From Desulfosoma sp. (lineage in GTDB: Bacteria; Desulfobacterota; Syntrophobacteria; Syntrophobacterales; DSM-9756): a stretch of DNA of 64,000 nucleotides. Shown piece by piece: positions 17,363-26,913 of the stretch. The translations under genes and the position numbers were made by a program. The number at the start of each line of letters is the position of its first letter. Positions within the stretch are counted from its first letter, which is position 1. Below the pieces are notes generated by a model that saw only the letters and a program-made list of their open reading frames with translations, searched no databases and was not told the origin of the DNA. The DNA is taken from assembly GCA_037481835.1 (NCBI GenBank), contig JBBFKW010000002.1, forward strand, positions 1 to 64,000, given 5' to 3'.

Positions 17363-19606
17363 CTAGCGTCGGGCCGGAAGGACTTCCCAGAGCTGATACA
17401 CGAAAGGTTTTTGAGCGACGCGGCGGAATCGGCCTCCGGCAGGCGTTTCGTTCAAGAAAAACAATCGGTGAAAAACCGAATCCCCGATGGCCGCTCCATC
17501 CATGAGCACGCCCAATGAGACGGCCTGGTGCAGATCGAGGTGAGGCCCCATGCCGTCTCGGTAACGCCACATGGTCCGGGTGCCGTCTGGGCCGACCAAG
17601 CCCAGGGAAGAGAGGGGGACGAGGCGATCGCCCAGGTGAAGTTCCCCGCGCTGGAGATGAACGCCAGCGGCACCCGGCACCCGCCGTGTCGAATCGTCCC
17701 AAAGAACCACGGGATAGATGGGCCGATAGGTCGGATGAATGCCGTCTCGGATTTCCGGGTCCCAGGTGCCGAACCAATACCACCAGTAGGCCGTGTTGAG
17801 GAGCAGTTGATCCAAGAAAAGATAAACCGGACGCGGAGGATCGGGATAGAAAAAGGTGCTCCAGGTATTTTTTCCGGGAATTCGGGTGAGCCCCAAACGG
17901 CGGGCATTTTCTTCACACCCATCGGGACCGGCGGAAAGCATGACTCTTAGGGCCTTCAGGGTTTGGGTTGCGGAAAGCCCGTTGGCGCGCGAAAATTCCC
18001 GGATGCCGGATAAGCCCCGGGCGCTGAAAAAGATCATGAAATTCGCTGCAAAACTTTCGTCCGTTGCGGCCAAAGGCATGGCCAAGGACACCACCAGCTC
18101 TCCGCCGTGGATTTCCCCGTCGGCGATGGTGCCGCGCCGAGCCCAGTATTGCAGATGATACCCATGGTCCCACCAAGCCCAAAGCACGGCGTTTTCCGGG
18201 GTGCGCCGCGCCGCTTCCGTCATGCCGGAGACGACCGGGGCGTTTTCCGACGGCCACCTCACGGCTTTGGCCGTGCTGAAAAAGGCGGGAAGAAGAAAAA
18301 TCGTTCCCACCGTTAAGGCCGCCGCCGTGGAAAACACCCGCCGGGCCGAGATCCCTGTCGATGGCGGCACCGTGGGCGAGGGCGCGGGCGGATCGCCCTT
18401 TTGGCGCGCAGGCCGGGAGTGGGCGGTTTCGCGACGGAAGCGTTCCCAAAAAGCGGGCGAGGGGGTTTCCAGGCGCCGCTGGAGGCGGTCCGCGATCCAT
18501 CCCAAGCCCAGGCCTGCAAGAGGGGCGGCGTAGACGGCGAGACGTTGGGCGAAAAAAGATCCCACGAAACCGAGAACGATCAAGGGCGCGAAGAAAAAAA
18601 ACGTGCTCGGCTGCGTGATGAAAAGCCATCCGAGACCCAAAACCGCAACGGTGAGCACCCCCGCATGGCCCGCCACGGTGCGTGCGAATTCCTCGAAACT
18701 CGGCCGAACCTGCTCACTGATGGACAAACCGATGTTGGGAAAATCCCCCGGGGCTTGTTTGATAAGCATGTATGCGAGTTGGCCCCTGGCTCGGTGCCAG
18801 GCGTCCACGAAAGGAGTGGGACCCTTGAAAGCGAAGAGCACGGCGGCGGCGCAAAAAACAAGAGCCAAAACGACCCAGAGGGATTTCTTGTCGCCCCTCC
18901 GGCGCCGTTTCACCAAGGCCGCCGCCAAAGGGACGGCCGCCAGAAGAAACGGCGTTTGAGGGCTCTGATCCCACCACCAGGCATGCAGCCCCACGGCCGC
19001 CAAGGCGCTCCCGAGCCATAAACCGGCGCGCCGGGACGCGTTGGAAAAGCCCATCAGGCATCCCACGACCAGGACGGGAAGGCCCACGTTCAGGCTGTCC
19101 GTATCCAAACGCCCGAGATTGGTGCGGTGCACAAAAAATGGGGAAAGCCCCAAGGCCGCACAGGCGATGAGCGCTCCCACGGGGCCCATGAGGGTCCGGG
19201 CGGGCACGTAGAGGCACAGGGCCGAAAGGGCACCGAGTACGGCCGGCAGGGCCATGGCGATCCAGGGGATGGAAACGCCGCTGAGCTTGTGCAGACCCGC
19301 GGTGAGGAGACTCAGGAGCGGTATGGGCCGAGGTCGCGCCGGACTGTCAGGAACCCCGCGAAAAGAGTCTTGCGCCTCGTAGGTTCCTTCCACCACGTCG
19401 CGAGCCAACCGCATGTAGTACGGCGCGTCGAACGTGGTGGGCAAGGGTTCCCCCTGGACAAAGCACCGGTCCCGATGCTGTTTCCAGGCCGGATACGGCG
19501 CAAGGCGCACCCATAGCCCCGAGGCGATCACGGCGGCGAGCCCCAAAGCGACCCACAGTCGAGAGGATCGGTAAAGGGCGGCCACGTGGGAAGGAATGGG
19601 GTTCAT
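17363..19606 (-). CDS. pglB: STT3/PglB/AglB-family N-oligosaccharyltransferase
   Basis: Polytopic membrane N-half with TTFDAPYY, R....RLDTD and SISE (TIXE-like) motifs; periplasmic WWDHG (WWDYG-like) and DGEIH motifs. Confidence 0.9.
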   Translation of the reverse strand: MNPIPSHVAALYRSSRLWVALGLAAVIASGLWVRLAPYPAWKQHRDRCFVQGEPLPTTFDAPYYMRLARDVVEGTYEAQDSFRGVPDSPARPRPIPLLSLLTAGLHKLSGVSIPWIAMALPAVLGALSALCLYVPARTLMGPVGALIACAALGLSPFFVHRTNLGRLDTDSLNVGLPVLVVGCLMGFSNASRRAGLWLGSALAAVGLHAWWWDQSPQTPFLLAAVPLAAALVKRRRRGDKKSLWVVLALVFCAAAVLFAFKGPTPFVDAWHRARGQLAYMLIKQAPGDFPNIGLSISEQVRPSFEEFARTVAGHAGVLTVAVLGLGWLFITQPSTFFFFAPLIVLGFVGSFFAQRLAVYAAPLAGLGLGWIADRLQRRLETPSPAFWERFRRETAHSRPARQKGDPPAPSPTVPPSTGISARRVFSTAAALTVGTIFLLPAFFSTAKAVRWPSENAPVVSGMTEAARRTPENAVLWAWWDHGYHLQYWARRGTIADGEIHGGELVVSLAMPLAATDESFAANFMIFFSARGLSGIREFSRANGLSATQTLKALRVMLSAGPDGCEENARRLGLTRIPGKNTWSTFFYPDPPRPVYLFLDQLLLNTAYWWYWFGTWDPEIRDGIHPTYRPIYPVVLWDDSTRRVPGAAGVHLQRGELHLGDRLVPLSSLGLVGPDGTRTMWRYRDGMGPHLDLHQAVSLGVLMDGAAIGDSVFHRLFFLNETPAGGRFRRVAQKPFVYQLWEVLPARR

Positions 19607-19612
19607 GGAACC

Positions 19613-20383
19613 TTACGGCGCGTTCAATTTGTTTTCCAGGGCCGATCGGTCCATGACCCCCGATCGGAACGTGCCGTCGGAGAAGATGTAGGTGGGCGTT
19701 CCCCCGATGCCGTGCGCCTGCATGAACTTCATGACGGCGTCGATCTTTTCGGTCCCTTCCTTGCACTGGTTGTCCGACTTGTAATTGGTTTTGAATTCGT
19801 CATGCCCTTTCTTGTCGCACAACAGAGCGATGCAGGATTCTCGAGCTCCGGGATGCATGGGCAGAGGATAGAGCACATAGCGAACGTTCAGAACGCCTTC
19901 CGAGGCCATGGCTTCCAGAGTGCCTTCCGCCTGTTTGCAGTAAGGGCATTGAGGGTCCGTCACGAAATAAATGGTCTTGGGGGCCTTCTCCGGCCCCAGG
20001 GTGAACGCCGTGAGGCCTTTCAGGGTTTCCAGATCTTTCGAGGTCAGTCGGTTCAATTCTTCCAGAGCCGCTTGGGTGAGGTTCTTCTTGTCTTGCGCGT
20101 CAAGAATTTGTCCCAGGACAAGGTATCGACCCGAAGGGTCGATGTAAAGGATTTGGTTTCTCTCGCTGACCAGAACATGGACTTGGCACAAACCCGGCAC
20201 GGGAGACGGAGCCACCTTTTTGACGGTCACCTCGCGCCCGGCGAAGGTCGCCGAAACCTTTTCCTGAACAGCGCCCGCTTCGGGGCAGGAGGCTTCTTTG
20301 GGAGCCGCGGCCCACAGGGAACCGGACACAAAAAGCAGAAGAAAACTCCAGACCCATATCGCCATCACTCTCTTCCTTCGCAT
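19613..20383 (-). CDS. dsbC: DsbC-family disulfide isomerase
   Basis: Signal peptide, N-terminal dimerisation domain (SPVPGL...LYID..GRY), TDPQCPYC and GTP motifs. Confidence 0.9.
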   Translation of the reverse strand: MRRKRVMAIWVWSFLLLFVSGSLWAAAPKEASCPEAGAVQEKVSATFAGREVTVKKVAPSPVPGLCQVHVLVSERNQILYIDPSGRYLVLGQILDAQDKKNLTQAALEELNRLTSKDLETLKGLTAFTLGPEKAPKTIYFVTDPQCPYCKQAEGTLEAMASEGVLNVRYVLYPLPMHPGARESCIALLCDKKGHDEFKTNYKSDNQCKEGTEKIDAVMKFMQAHGIGGTPTYIFSDGTFRSGVMDRSALENKLNAP

Positions 20384-20650
20384 GCTTTTCTCCTCGCTCG
20401 TTTTCGTGAGTCGTTTCTCGGAAAAGGCCGCTGTCGCCCGCAGGAACCGGTCCTGTGGGCATCCAGTGTAGCGCAATCCTCGTCTTGAGGCAATTTTCAA
20501 CCCTTGGGAGGGAAGAGGGGACGTTTTTCGGACGAGGACGATCAGTTCACGGTTTTGTCATGCAAGAAACCTAATTGTGACAATTTTTTCATTGTAAGAG
20601 CTTGTTTATCATGGCATAAGCACGAACATCGGCGGTATGGGTTTTTTCCT

Positions 20651-20678
20651 TAAGGTTTGGTCCCGCTTGGGACGATAA
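20651..20678 (+). promoter_or_regulatory. Sigma28 (FliA)-type promoter
   Basis: TAAG-N16-GACGATAA; same spacing as four other sites in the window. Confidence 0.6.
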
Positions 20679-20694
20679 CTTAAGAGGGGGAAAG

Positions 20695-22497
20695 ATGGGA
20701 CCGGAAAAACCCATAGGCGACTCACAGGGGCTCATCATGGAAGATCCGTGGCATGACCGTCGTCCGGAGACCCGTTCGCTGAAGAGCGAGAGACATCCGA
20801 TGGAATACCAGCCGGGTGCCGGGTTCGACCTTGTCCTCAGAGGGCCCTTTCGGGATCGAGGCGGCGTGGGAGAAAATGCTCAAGGCCGGCTCCCTCGTTC
20901 TGACGAAGGGCCCTCGTCAGGCCCGGGACTTCCCGAGGAGGCTCCGAGCGCCGCGCGCGGCTCGAGCTCCTTGGACCAAGATCATGGGCCGAGCGCCGCA
21001 CGGCAAGCCGAAGTCAAAGCGGATCTTTGGCGGCACATCCTTCTCGAAGTGTTTCGCCGAAGCCCCTACGGGATCGGGGTTTTGGATGCCCGGGGCAAGA
21101 TTCTGGAAGCCAACGATGTTTTGGCTTCCTGGTTCTCCAAGGGCGGGGCGAAATCCGAAGAGCTTGACGCCGAGGCACTTTTTCAGAAGCGGGGGATTTT
21201 GCCTCGGCTTCTCTTGGAGGCTCAAGGTCAGCCATGCGTTCGAGATGGGGAGCTGACCGCCGTCGACGGTCAAGGGCGTACATTTCCCGTGAGTGTAACG
21301 ATTTCGAGGATCAACCTCCCCGAAGGTCACTCTCCCTGCTTTCTCCTCATCGTGGAAGACATCAGTGAGAAGAAAACCTTTTCCCAGCAGCTCATCCGCA
21401 CGGAAAAGCTGGCCTCCCTCGGCACCATGGCGGGCGGTGTCGCCCATGATTTCAACAACATCCTCATGACCATTCTGGGTAACACTCAACTTCTGAGCAA
21501 AGAACTCGCCCAAACGGCCCCGCACATCCGGCGGCGTTTGAAGAACATCGAACAAGCGGTGCTTGACGGGGCTCACGTGGTGCGCCGCCTTCAGGTCTTC
21601 ACGGGCAAAGGCGGGGGGCCGCACGAAGGGGCCGAGAAGACCGTAATTGGCGAGGCGGTGCAGGACGTCCTCGAGTTGACTCGGCCCCGGTGGAAAAACG
21701 CCCTGGAAAAGCAAGGGCGGCGCCTGGAGATCGTCAAAGAATTGGCACCGGGAATCTGTGCGGCCATCAACGGTTCTGATTTTCGCGAGGTGCTCACGAA
21801 TCTCGTCTTCAACGCCATCGACGCCATGCCTTCCGGGGGTATGTTGCGGTTCAGATCTTACGCCGGTGTCGATCACGTGTTTCTGGAGGTCACCGATACC
21901 GGCATAGGCATGGATGAAGAAACCCGGAAAAAGATTTTCGATCCTTTTTTCACCACCAAGGGTGCGGGCAATTCGGGGCTTGGGCTCAGCGTGTGTTCGA
22001 GCCTGATCCAAAGGTGGGGGGGGCATCTTACGGTGCAGAGCGTTCCCGGCAAGGGGACCACATTCACTCTCAGGCTGCCGGCGGCAGGAACCCCAGAGCG
22101 CGGGCGCGACACAGCGGAGGTCGCTGCGAGTCGACACGCACGCAAGCGTTTGCTGGTCGTCGATGACGACCGGGAAGTCTTGGAACTTTTAGGAGACATG
22201 CTGCGCCTCATGGGCCACCAGGTGACGACCGAGCATGACGGGCGCAAGGCCCTGGAGCTGTTGAACACCCAAGCTTTTGACCTGATTCTTACGGATCTGG
22301 GCATGCCCGAAGTGAACGGCTGGGACATCGCCGAGCGTGCCAAGGAGCGCCGTCCGGGTGTGCCGGTTGTCATGGTGAGCGGCTGGGGGGCTCAGTACGA
22401 AGACGAGGACTTAAGCCACCGGGGCGTCGATCTTGTCTGTTCCAAGCCACTGAGCTATCAAAAACTTTTGGAGATCTTGGAGCGGTTTTCGAACTGA
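20695..22497 (+). CDS. Cytoplasmic hybrid histidine kinase (PAS-HisKA-HATPase-REC)
   Basis: GVAHDFNN, NLVFNAIDAM, FFTTK, GLGL; C-terminal receiver VDDD/TD/K; no transmembrane segment. Confidence 0.92.
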   Translation: MGPEKPIGDSQGLIMEDPWHDRRPETRSLKSERHPMEYQPGAGFDLVLRGPFRDRGGVGENAQGRLPRSDEGPSSGPGLPEEAPSAARGSSSLDQDHGPSAARQAEVKADLWRHILLEVFRRSPYGIGVLDARGKILEANDVLASWFSKGGAKSEELDAEALFQKRGILPRLLLEAQGQPCVRDGELTAVDGQGRTFPVSVTISRINLPEGHSPCFLLIVEDISEKKTFSQQLIRTEKLASLGTMAGGVAHDFNNILMTILGNTQLLSKELAQTAPHIRRRLKNIEQAVLDGAHVVRRLQVFTGKGGGPHEGAEKTVIGEAVQDVLELTRPRWKNALEKQGRRLEIVKELAPGICAAINGSDFREVLTNLVFNAIDAMPSGGMLRFRSYAGVDHVFLEVTDTGIGMDEETRKKIFDPFFTTKGAGNSGLGLSVCSSLIQRWGGHLTVQSVPGKGTTFTLRLPAAGTPERGRDTAEVAASRHARKRLLVVDDDREVLELLGDMLRLMGHQVTTEHDGRKALELLNTQAFDLILTDLGMPEVNGWDIAERAKERRPGVPVVMVSGWGAQYEDEDLSHRGVDLVCSKPLSYQKLLEILERFSN

Positions 22498-22699
22498 TTT
22501 GACCTTCCAAGTCCTCCGAGAAGGCGCTCTTCGGAATTCGCCAGACCACGATTTTGCGCCTGCCTGTATAAGAACCCTCTTTTTCGAAGCGGAAGGATGA
22601 GCCTCCTCGGCTGCGAAACGGAGGGTGCAGAAGCGGCCCTGGCCGTGATCCTCGCCGGCACGCTGTGACTTCTCCCCAAGGAATCCTGAAAAAAACCTC

Positions 22700-22727
22700 T
22701 CATGTTTTTTTCCTGCTTTTCCGATTA
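22700..22727 (+). promoter_or_regulatory. Possible sigma28 promoter
   Basis: TCAT-N16-TCCGATTA upstream of the lipoprotein-flaG unit. Confidence 0.5.
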
Positions 22728-22802
22728 ATGCAATGGGAAAGATCGTCCGTGCGTGCCGTTTGAGGAAGGGCGGCAGGTGGCGCCGCTTCGAGGACTGAGG
22801 CC

Positions 22803-23486
22803 ATGGTGTTTTCAAAATGTTCCAAAGCCTTTCACGGCCCGCGGGTGTGGGTGGGGATCTTGCTTCTTTACCTTTCCGGGTGTGCGGCAGGACCCGATTT
22901 TCAAAGATCCCGCCCCGTCGAGCTTTCTCCGGTGGACGTCATCACCCGGCGGCCCTACGATCCTTACGCTTACCGGCGCTTGTGCCTCATGCCGTTTTCC
23001 GGGCCGCAGGGCATGGAGAAATTGGGAGCGTCCCTGGCGGACATTTACCGGCAGGGGCTGGTTCAAAACGGACTCTTTTCGGACCCGACGGTTTTGGAAC
23101 AGAAGCCGCGTTTTCCCGGGGCATCTGTCGTCCAAGACCGAAGCGCCTTCGGTGACTGCTCCCTTGTGCTCGCGGGGACGATCCAAAGGATTCACGACGG
23201 TTCGGGCGCCCTGCCCACCGTCGTGGAACTCACGGTGCGCATTTTCGATGCCGAGCACGGAACAGTTCTGTGGGAAGTGGTCCAAGAAGGGCGATCTTCC
23301 CCGTCTCCCGATGTAGATCTTTTCTGGAACGTGGTTCCGGGAGGCGGGGCGGCGGATTATCGCCAAACCGGTCGATGGATGGCTCGCCAGTTCGCTCTTT
23401 TCCTGAAAGGCGAGATGTATCCGACAACGGGGCGGGATGCCCCATGGATGGCGGGAGGGCATGGAGATGGACATGAGGATCGATAA
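22803..23486 (+). CDS. Lipoprotein, PelC/CsgG/LpoB-like alpha/beta fold
   Basis: Lipobox LSG|C; LCLMPF, LVLAGTI and VELTVRIFDAEHGTVLW resemble that superfamily. Confidence 0.6.
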   Translation: MVFSKCSKAFHGPRVWVGILLLYLSGCAAGPDFQRSRPVELSPVDVITRRPYDPYAYRRLCLMPFSGPQGMEKLGASLADIYRQGLVQNGLFSDPTVLEQKPRFPGASVVQDRSAFGDCSLVLAGTIQRIHDGSGALPTVVELTVRIFDAEHGTVLWEVVQEGRSSPSPDVDLFWNVVPGGGAADYRQTGRWMARQFALFLKGEMYPTTGRDAPWMAGGHGDGHEDR

Positions 23487-23862
23487 CGTGACGGCTGTAT
23501 CGCCGGACCTGTGGGTCAGGGACGACCCTCAGTGGAAGCCGAAGACGCTCGTCCAACCCGTTCGAGGCGGGGATAAGGCGTCGAATCCTACAATGGATCG
23601 GCCTGGGGAACAGCGGGATTCCGGCACGGTTCTTGTTAACGAAAAAGCAGTCCGCGATGTGGTGGAAGACGTGCAGCAGTACCTGCTGGAACACAACATT
23701 CGGCTGAGCTTCTCGCTCCACGACAAGACAGGGGATCTGGTGGTGCGGGTGCTGGACAAGGATACCGGGGAGGTGATCCGCCAGATTCCACCAGAAGAAA
23801 TGCTGAGGCTCAGGGAAAAGCTGGAAGAGTTGACAGGGGTTTTGCTGAACGGCAAAGTGTGA
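23461..23862 (+). CDS. flaG: Flagellar protein FlaG
   Basis: LSFSLH......VVRVLDKDTGEVIRQIPPEEML..GVLL signature. Confidence 0.9.
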   Translation: MEMDMRIDNVTAVSPDLWVRDDPQWKPKTLVQPVRGGDKASNPTMDRPGEQRDSGTVLVNEKAVRDVVEDVQQYLLEHNIRLSFSLHDKTGDLVVRVLDKDTGEVIRQIPPEEMLRLREKLEELTGVLLNGKV

Positions 23863-23968
23863 GGGCAACCCGGCTCCGGGGAGCCGTCGGCAAGTGCCGC
23901 CTCAAAGGGGCGATTCCAGGGCTTGGGGGGCTCGATCATGCGATGCTGATGTGGGGTGAGGATGGCGC

Positions 23969-24685
23969 GTGGAGAATCAGCCTGTCAAAATTTTGATTGT
24001 CGATGACGATGAAGTCTATCGCGACGTGCTCAAGGACGCCATCGGCGAGGAGAACACCGAACTGTCTCTGGCCGCCAGTGGCGAGGAAGCCTTGGAACTT
24101 TTGCAATCCTCGCCTTTCGACATCCTCATCACGGACCTCAACATGCCCGGCATCGACGGGCTGACGCTCCTCAAAAGAGCCCGCCAGCTCTATCCAGACA
24201 TTCTCACGCTGATCATCACCGGATACGGCAGCCTGGAATCCGCCGTGGAAGCCATCCGCAGCGGCGCCTACGACTACATCCAGAAACCCTTTCGCATTGA
24301 TGAAGTGGCGGTTTCTACGCGAAACGCCGTCGACCGGGTGCGCATCCTTCGGGAGCGACAGGCTCTTTTGGAGGAGCTGGAAAAAGCCTACCTGCGGCTG
24401 CAGCAGTTGGAGGGGGAGGCCCGAAAAAAGGGGACCCGTGAAGAAAGCGACGACGAGGGGCCGTGGGAGGACGAACAAACCCTCGCCAAAGGCCGGCCTC
24501 GAATGGTCTGGGTCCCGGGGCGCACCCTTCCTTTGGATGCCCTCCAAGGCCCCAAGGATGCCATGGCCCAGGTTTTGACCGATCTGGAGCGCCTCAAAGA
24601 GCTTCGCCGGGAACGTATTGTGGACGAGGCCGAATTCGAACGACTGAAGAAGATCATCCTGCGCAATGTGGATGGGGTGCGATGA
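23969..24685 (+). CDS. Response regulator (REC + coiled coil + SHOCT-like tail)
   Basis: VDDD/TDLNMP/KPF receiver; C-terminal LERLKELR....VDEAEFERLKKIIL. Confidence 0.85.
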   Translation: MENQPVKILIVDDDEVYRDVLKDAIGEENTELSLAASGEEALELLQSSPFDILITDLNMPGIDGLTLLKRARQLYPDILTLIITGYGSLESAVEAIRSGAYDYIQKPFRIDEVAVSTRNAVDRVRILRERQALLEELEKAYLRLQQLEGEARKKGTREESDDEGPWEDEQTLAKGRPRMVWVPGRTLPLDALQGPKDAMAQVLTDLERLKELRRERIVDEAEFERLKKIILRNVDGVR

Positions 24686-26325
24686 ATATCCTTATCGTGG
24701 AAGACGATCAGCTCTTGGGAGACATCCTGAGGGATTACCTGATCCAGCTCGGCCATGAAGAGGTCCTGGTGTGTTCCCGCGCCGATGAGGCTTTATGCGC
24801 CTTCGAAGATCGAAAATTCGACTGTGCCTTTATCGACCTTAAACTCCCCGACATGGACGGCGTGCGCCTTCTGGGGCTCCTCAAAGAAAAAGACCGCACC
24901 CTGCCTGTGATTATGATGAGCGGCTATCCCACGATGGAAGCGACCATCGGGGCCATGAGGCTCGGGGCTTCGGATTTTCTCACCAAGCCGTTTACGCTTC
25001 AGGACCTGGCCTTAGCCATGGAACGGGTGATGAAAGAAAGAAACCTGCTGCTGGAAAACTTGAGCCTCAAGTTGGAATGCCAAGCCCAGCAACAGCTCAA
25101 AGTGGTCAATCGTGAGCTCCAGAAAAAGATCCGGTTCAAGGAAAAACTCTTTCACGTCTCTCGAGTTATTGATGAGATCCGCTCCAGTGACGACCTGTAT
25201 GCCGCTATCGCCGACCTGGCATCTTCCGTCATGCCCGGCAAGAAGGTGGCTTTCTTCGTCTATCTTCCGGATCATCAACGTCTGGCGCTCATTTCCCACA
25301 AAGGCCTTTCCAACGGTCATGTGCCCAAGATTCTCCCGGTTTCGGATAGTGCCCTCCAAACCCTTTTAGCGAAGGACCAGCGTCCCGTTCGCGCGTCCTT
25401 GAGTTCTTTGGTCGAGGGGGCTTTTCGGAGCACAGGTGGGAACTGTTCCGAGGTGTGGGCGGAGCGGGCTGGCATGGGAATACCGCACCACGATCTTCAT
25501 GGTGGGTATGGGGCCGTGCTACGTGGCGGGGGGGTCCTGGATGCGCCCTGCAGTGTGTGGCCGTTGTGGATTCGAGGAGAACTGTTCGGCTTCCTGGCGC
25601 TTTTCCACGACGAAGGGGGGCGCCGCCCGAGCGGCGACGAAGAGGGCCTCCTGGATTTTTTGGTCAAAAAAGCGGCCTTGGCCGTGGAAAACATGGCTCT
25701 CTACGAGAGCCTTATCAGCAACTTTTACGGGATTTTGCGTTCCCTGGTGAACGCTTTGGAAGCGAAGGATCCCTATACGGGAAAACATTCGGAGCGGGTC
25801 ACGCAGCTGGCCGTCGAGTTGGCCAAGGAAATGAACATCGGCGAGACTCATATTGAAATCCTCAATACCGTCGGGTACCTGCACGATATCGGCAAGATCG
25901 GCATGCCCGATGAGATTTTGAATAAGCCCGGCGCCTTGACGGGAGAGGAATATGAAATCGTTAAGAGGCATCCCGTGATCGGGGAGTCTATCATCAAGGA
26001 CTTGGGGCTGGGCACCGAGGAACGGGCCATCATCCGGCATCACCACGAACGTTGGGACGGCAGAGGTTATCCCGATAAGCTGGCTGGTCGGGACATTCCT
26101 TTGCTGGCCAGGATTGTGGCAGTGGCGGACGCTTTCGACGCCATGACATCCAAACGGGCCTACCGCGATTCCTTGCCCTTGGAAAAGGCTGTGGCTGAAA
26201 TCGTGAACAACCGTAACAAACAGTTCGATCCCGACGTAGTGGATGCTTTCCTTTCGAGCTTGGCTAAGAAATCATTTCGGGGGAATCATGAACAACAGAG
26301 AGTACTTGAGGGTACGCATTCCTGA
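24682..26325 (+). CDS. REC-GAF-HD-GYP cyclic dinucleotide phosphodiesterase
   Basis: HSERV, LHDIGKIG, HHHERWDGRGYP, VADAFDAM; N-terminal receiver; ATGA coupling. Confidence 0.92.
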   Translation: MNILIVEDDQLLGDILRDYLIQLGHEEVLVCSRADEALCAFEDRKFDCAFIDLKLPDMDGVRLLGLLKEKDRTLPVIMMSGYPTMEATIGAMRLGASDFLTKPFTLQDLALAMERVMKERNLLLENLSLKLECQAQQQLKVVNRELQKKIRFKEKLFHVSRVIDEIRSSDDLYAAIADLASSVMPGKKVAFFVYLPDHQRLALISHKGLSNGHVPKILPVSDSALQTLLAKDQRPVRASLSSLVEGAFRSTGGNCSEVWAERAGMGIPHHDLHGGYGAVLRGGGVLDAPCSVWPLWIRGELFGFLALFHDEGGRRPSGDEEGLLDFLVKKAALAVENMALYESLISNFYGILRSLVNALEAKDPYTGKHSERVTQLAVELAKEMNIGETHIEILNTVGYLHDIGKIGMPDEILNKPGALTGEEYEIVKRHPVIGESIIKDLGLGTEERAIIRHHHERWDGRGYPDKLAGRDIPLLARIVAVADAFDAMTSKRAYRDSLPLEKAVAEIVNNRNKQFDPDVVDAFLSSLAKKSFRGNHEQQRVLEGTHS

Positions 26326-26899
26326 ACTGTCGGTCCTCTATAACGAACTGCCGGCAGGCTCGTCTCCCCCGTTTTTTCTCGGGTTCGGTGAGCGCAGGGA
26401 GCCTCCGGCGGAGCGCGAGGCCCCTGTGGAGGACCCCGGCCTTGCGGCCGTCATGGAATCCCTGGCGAAACTGGAAGCCAAAGTCGATCGCATTCTCGGC
26501 TACTTGGAACGCCACGGGGCCCTGAAGCCCTCTTACGCCCATCAAGGCCAGGTTGTGGACATCAGCGGCGGCGGCGTCTCTTTTGCCACTCTCAGCCTTC
26601 ATCCGGTGGGGGCCTATCTGGAATTGTGCCTCATCCCGCAGGTGGGTGATCCGCGACCCATCTACGCCATCGGAAAGATCTGCTGGGTTGAGCCGGTCCC
26701 GGAAAAGGCCGGATCCGGAGCGCACCACCTGGGCGTGAAGTTTGTGGAAATCGAGGAGGCGGACCGCCAGGCCATTATTCGTTTGGTTTTTCAGCTCCAG
26801 CGGAAGGAAAAGGACCAAAGATCCGTGGAGTCCGGGTCTTCCCCGGAAATGGGCGAGCCTAAAGGGGCGGAAGTCGACCCGTGCCGGAGGAACGGCTGA
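26288..26899 (+). CDS. PilZ-domain c-di-GMP receptor
   Basis: REYLR (RxxxR) and DISGGG (DxSxxG) motifs. Confidence 0.85.
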   Translation: MNNREYLRVRIPELSVLYNELPAGSSPPFFLGFGERREPPAEREAPVEDPGLAAVMESLAKLEAKVDRILGYLERHGALKPSYAHQGQVVDISGGGVSFATLSLHPVGAYLELCLIPQVGDPRPIYAIGKICWVEPVPEKAGSGAHHLGVKFVEIEEADRQAIIRLVFQLQRKEKDQRSVESGSSPEMGEPKGAEVDPCRRNG

Positions 26900-26913
26900 A
26901 AAGGGATGCTCTC

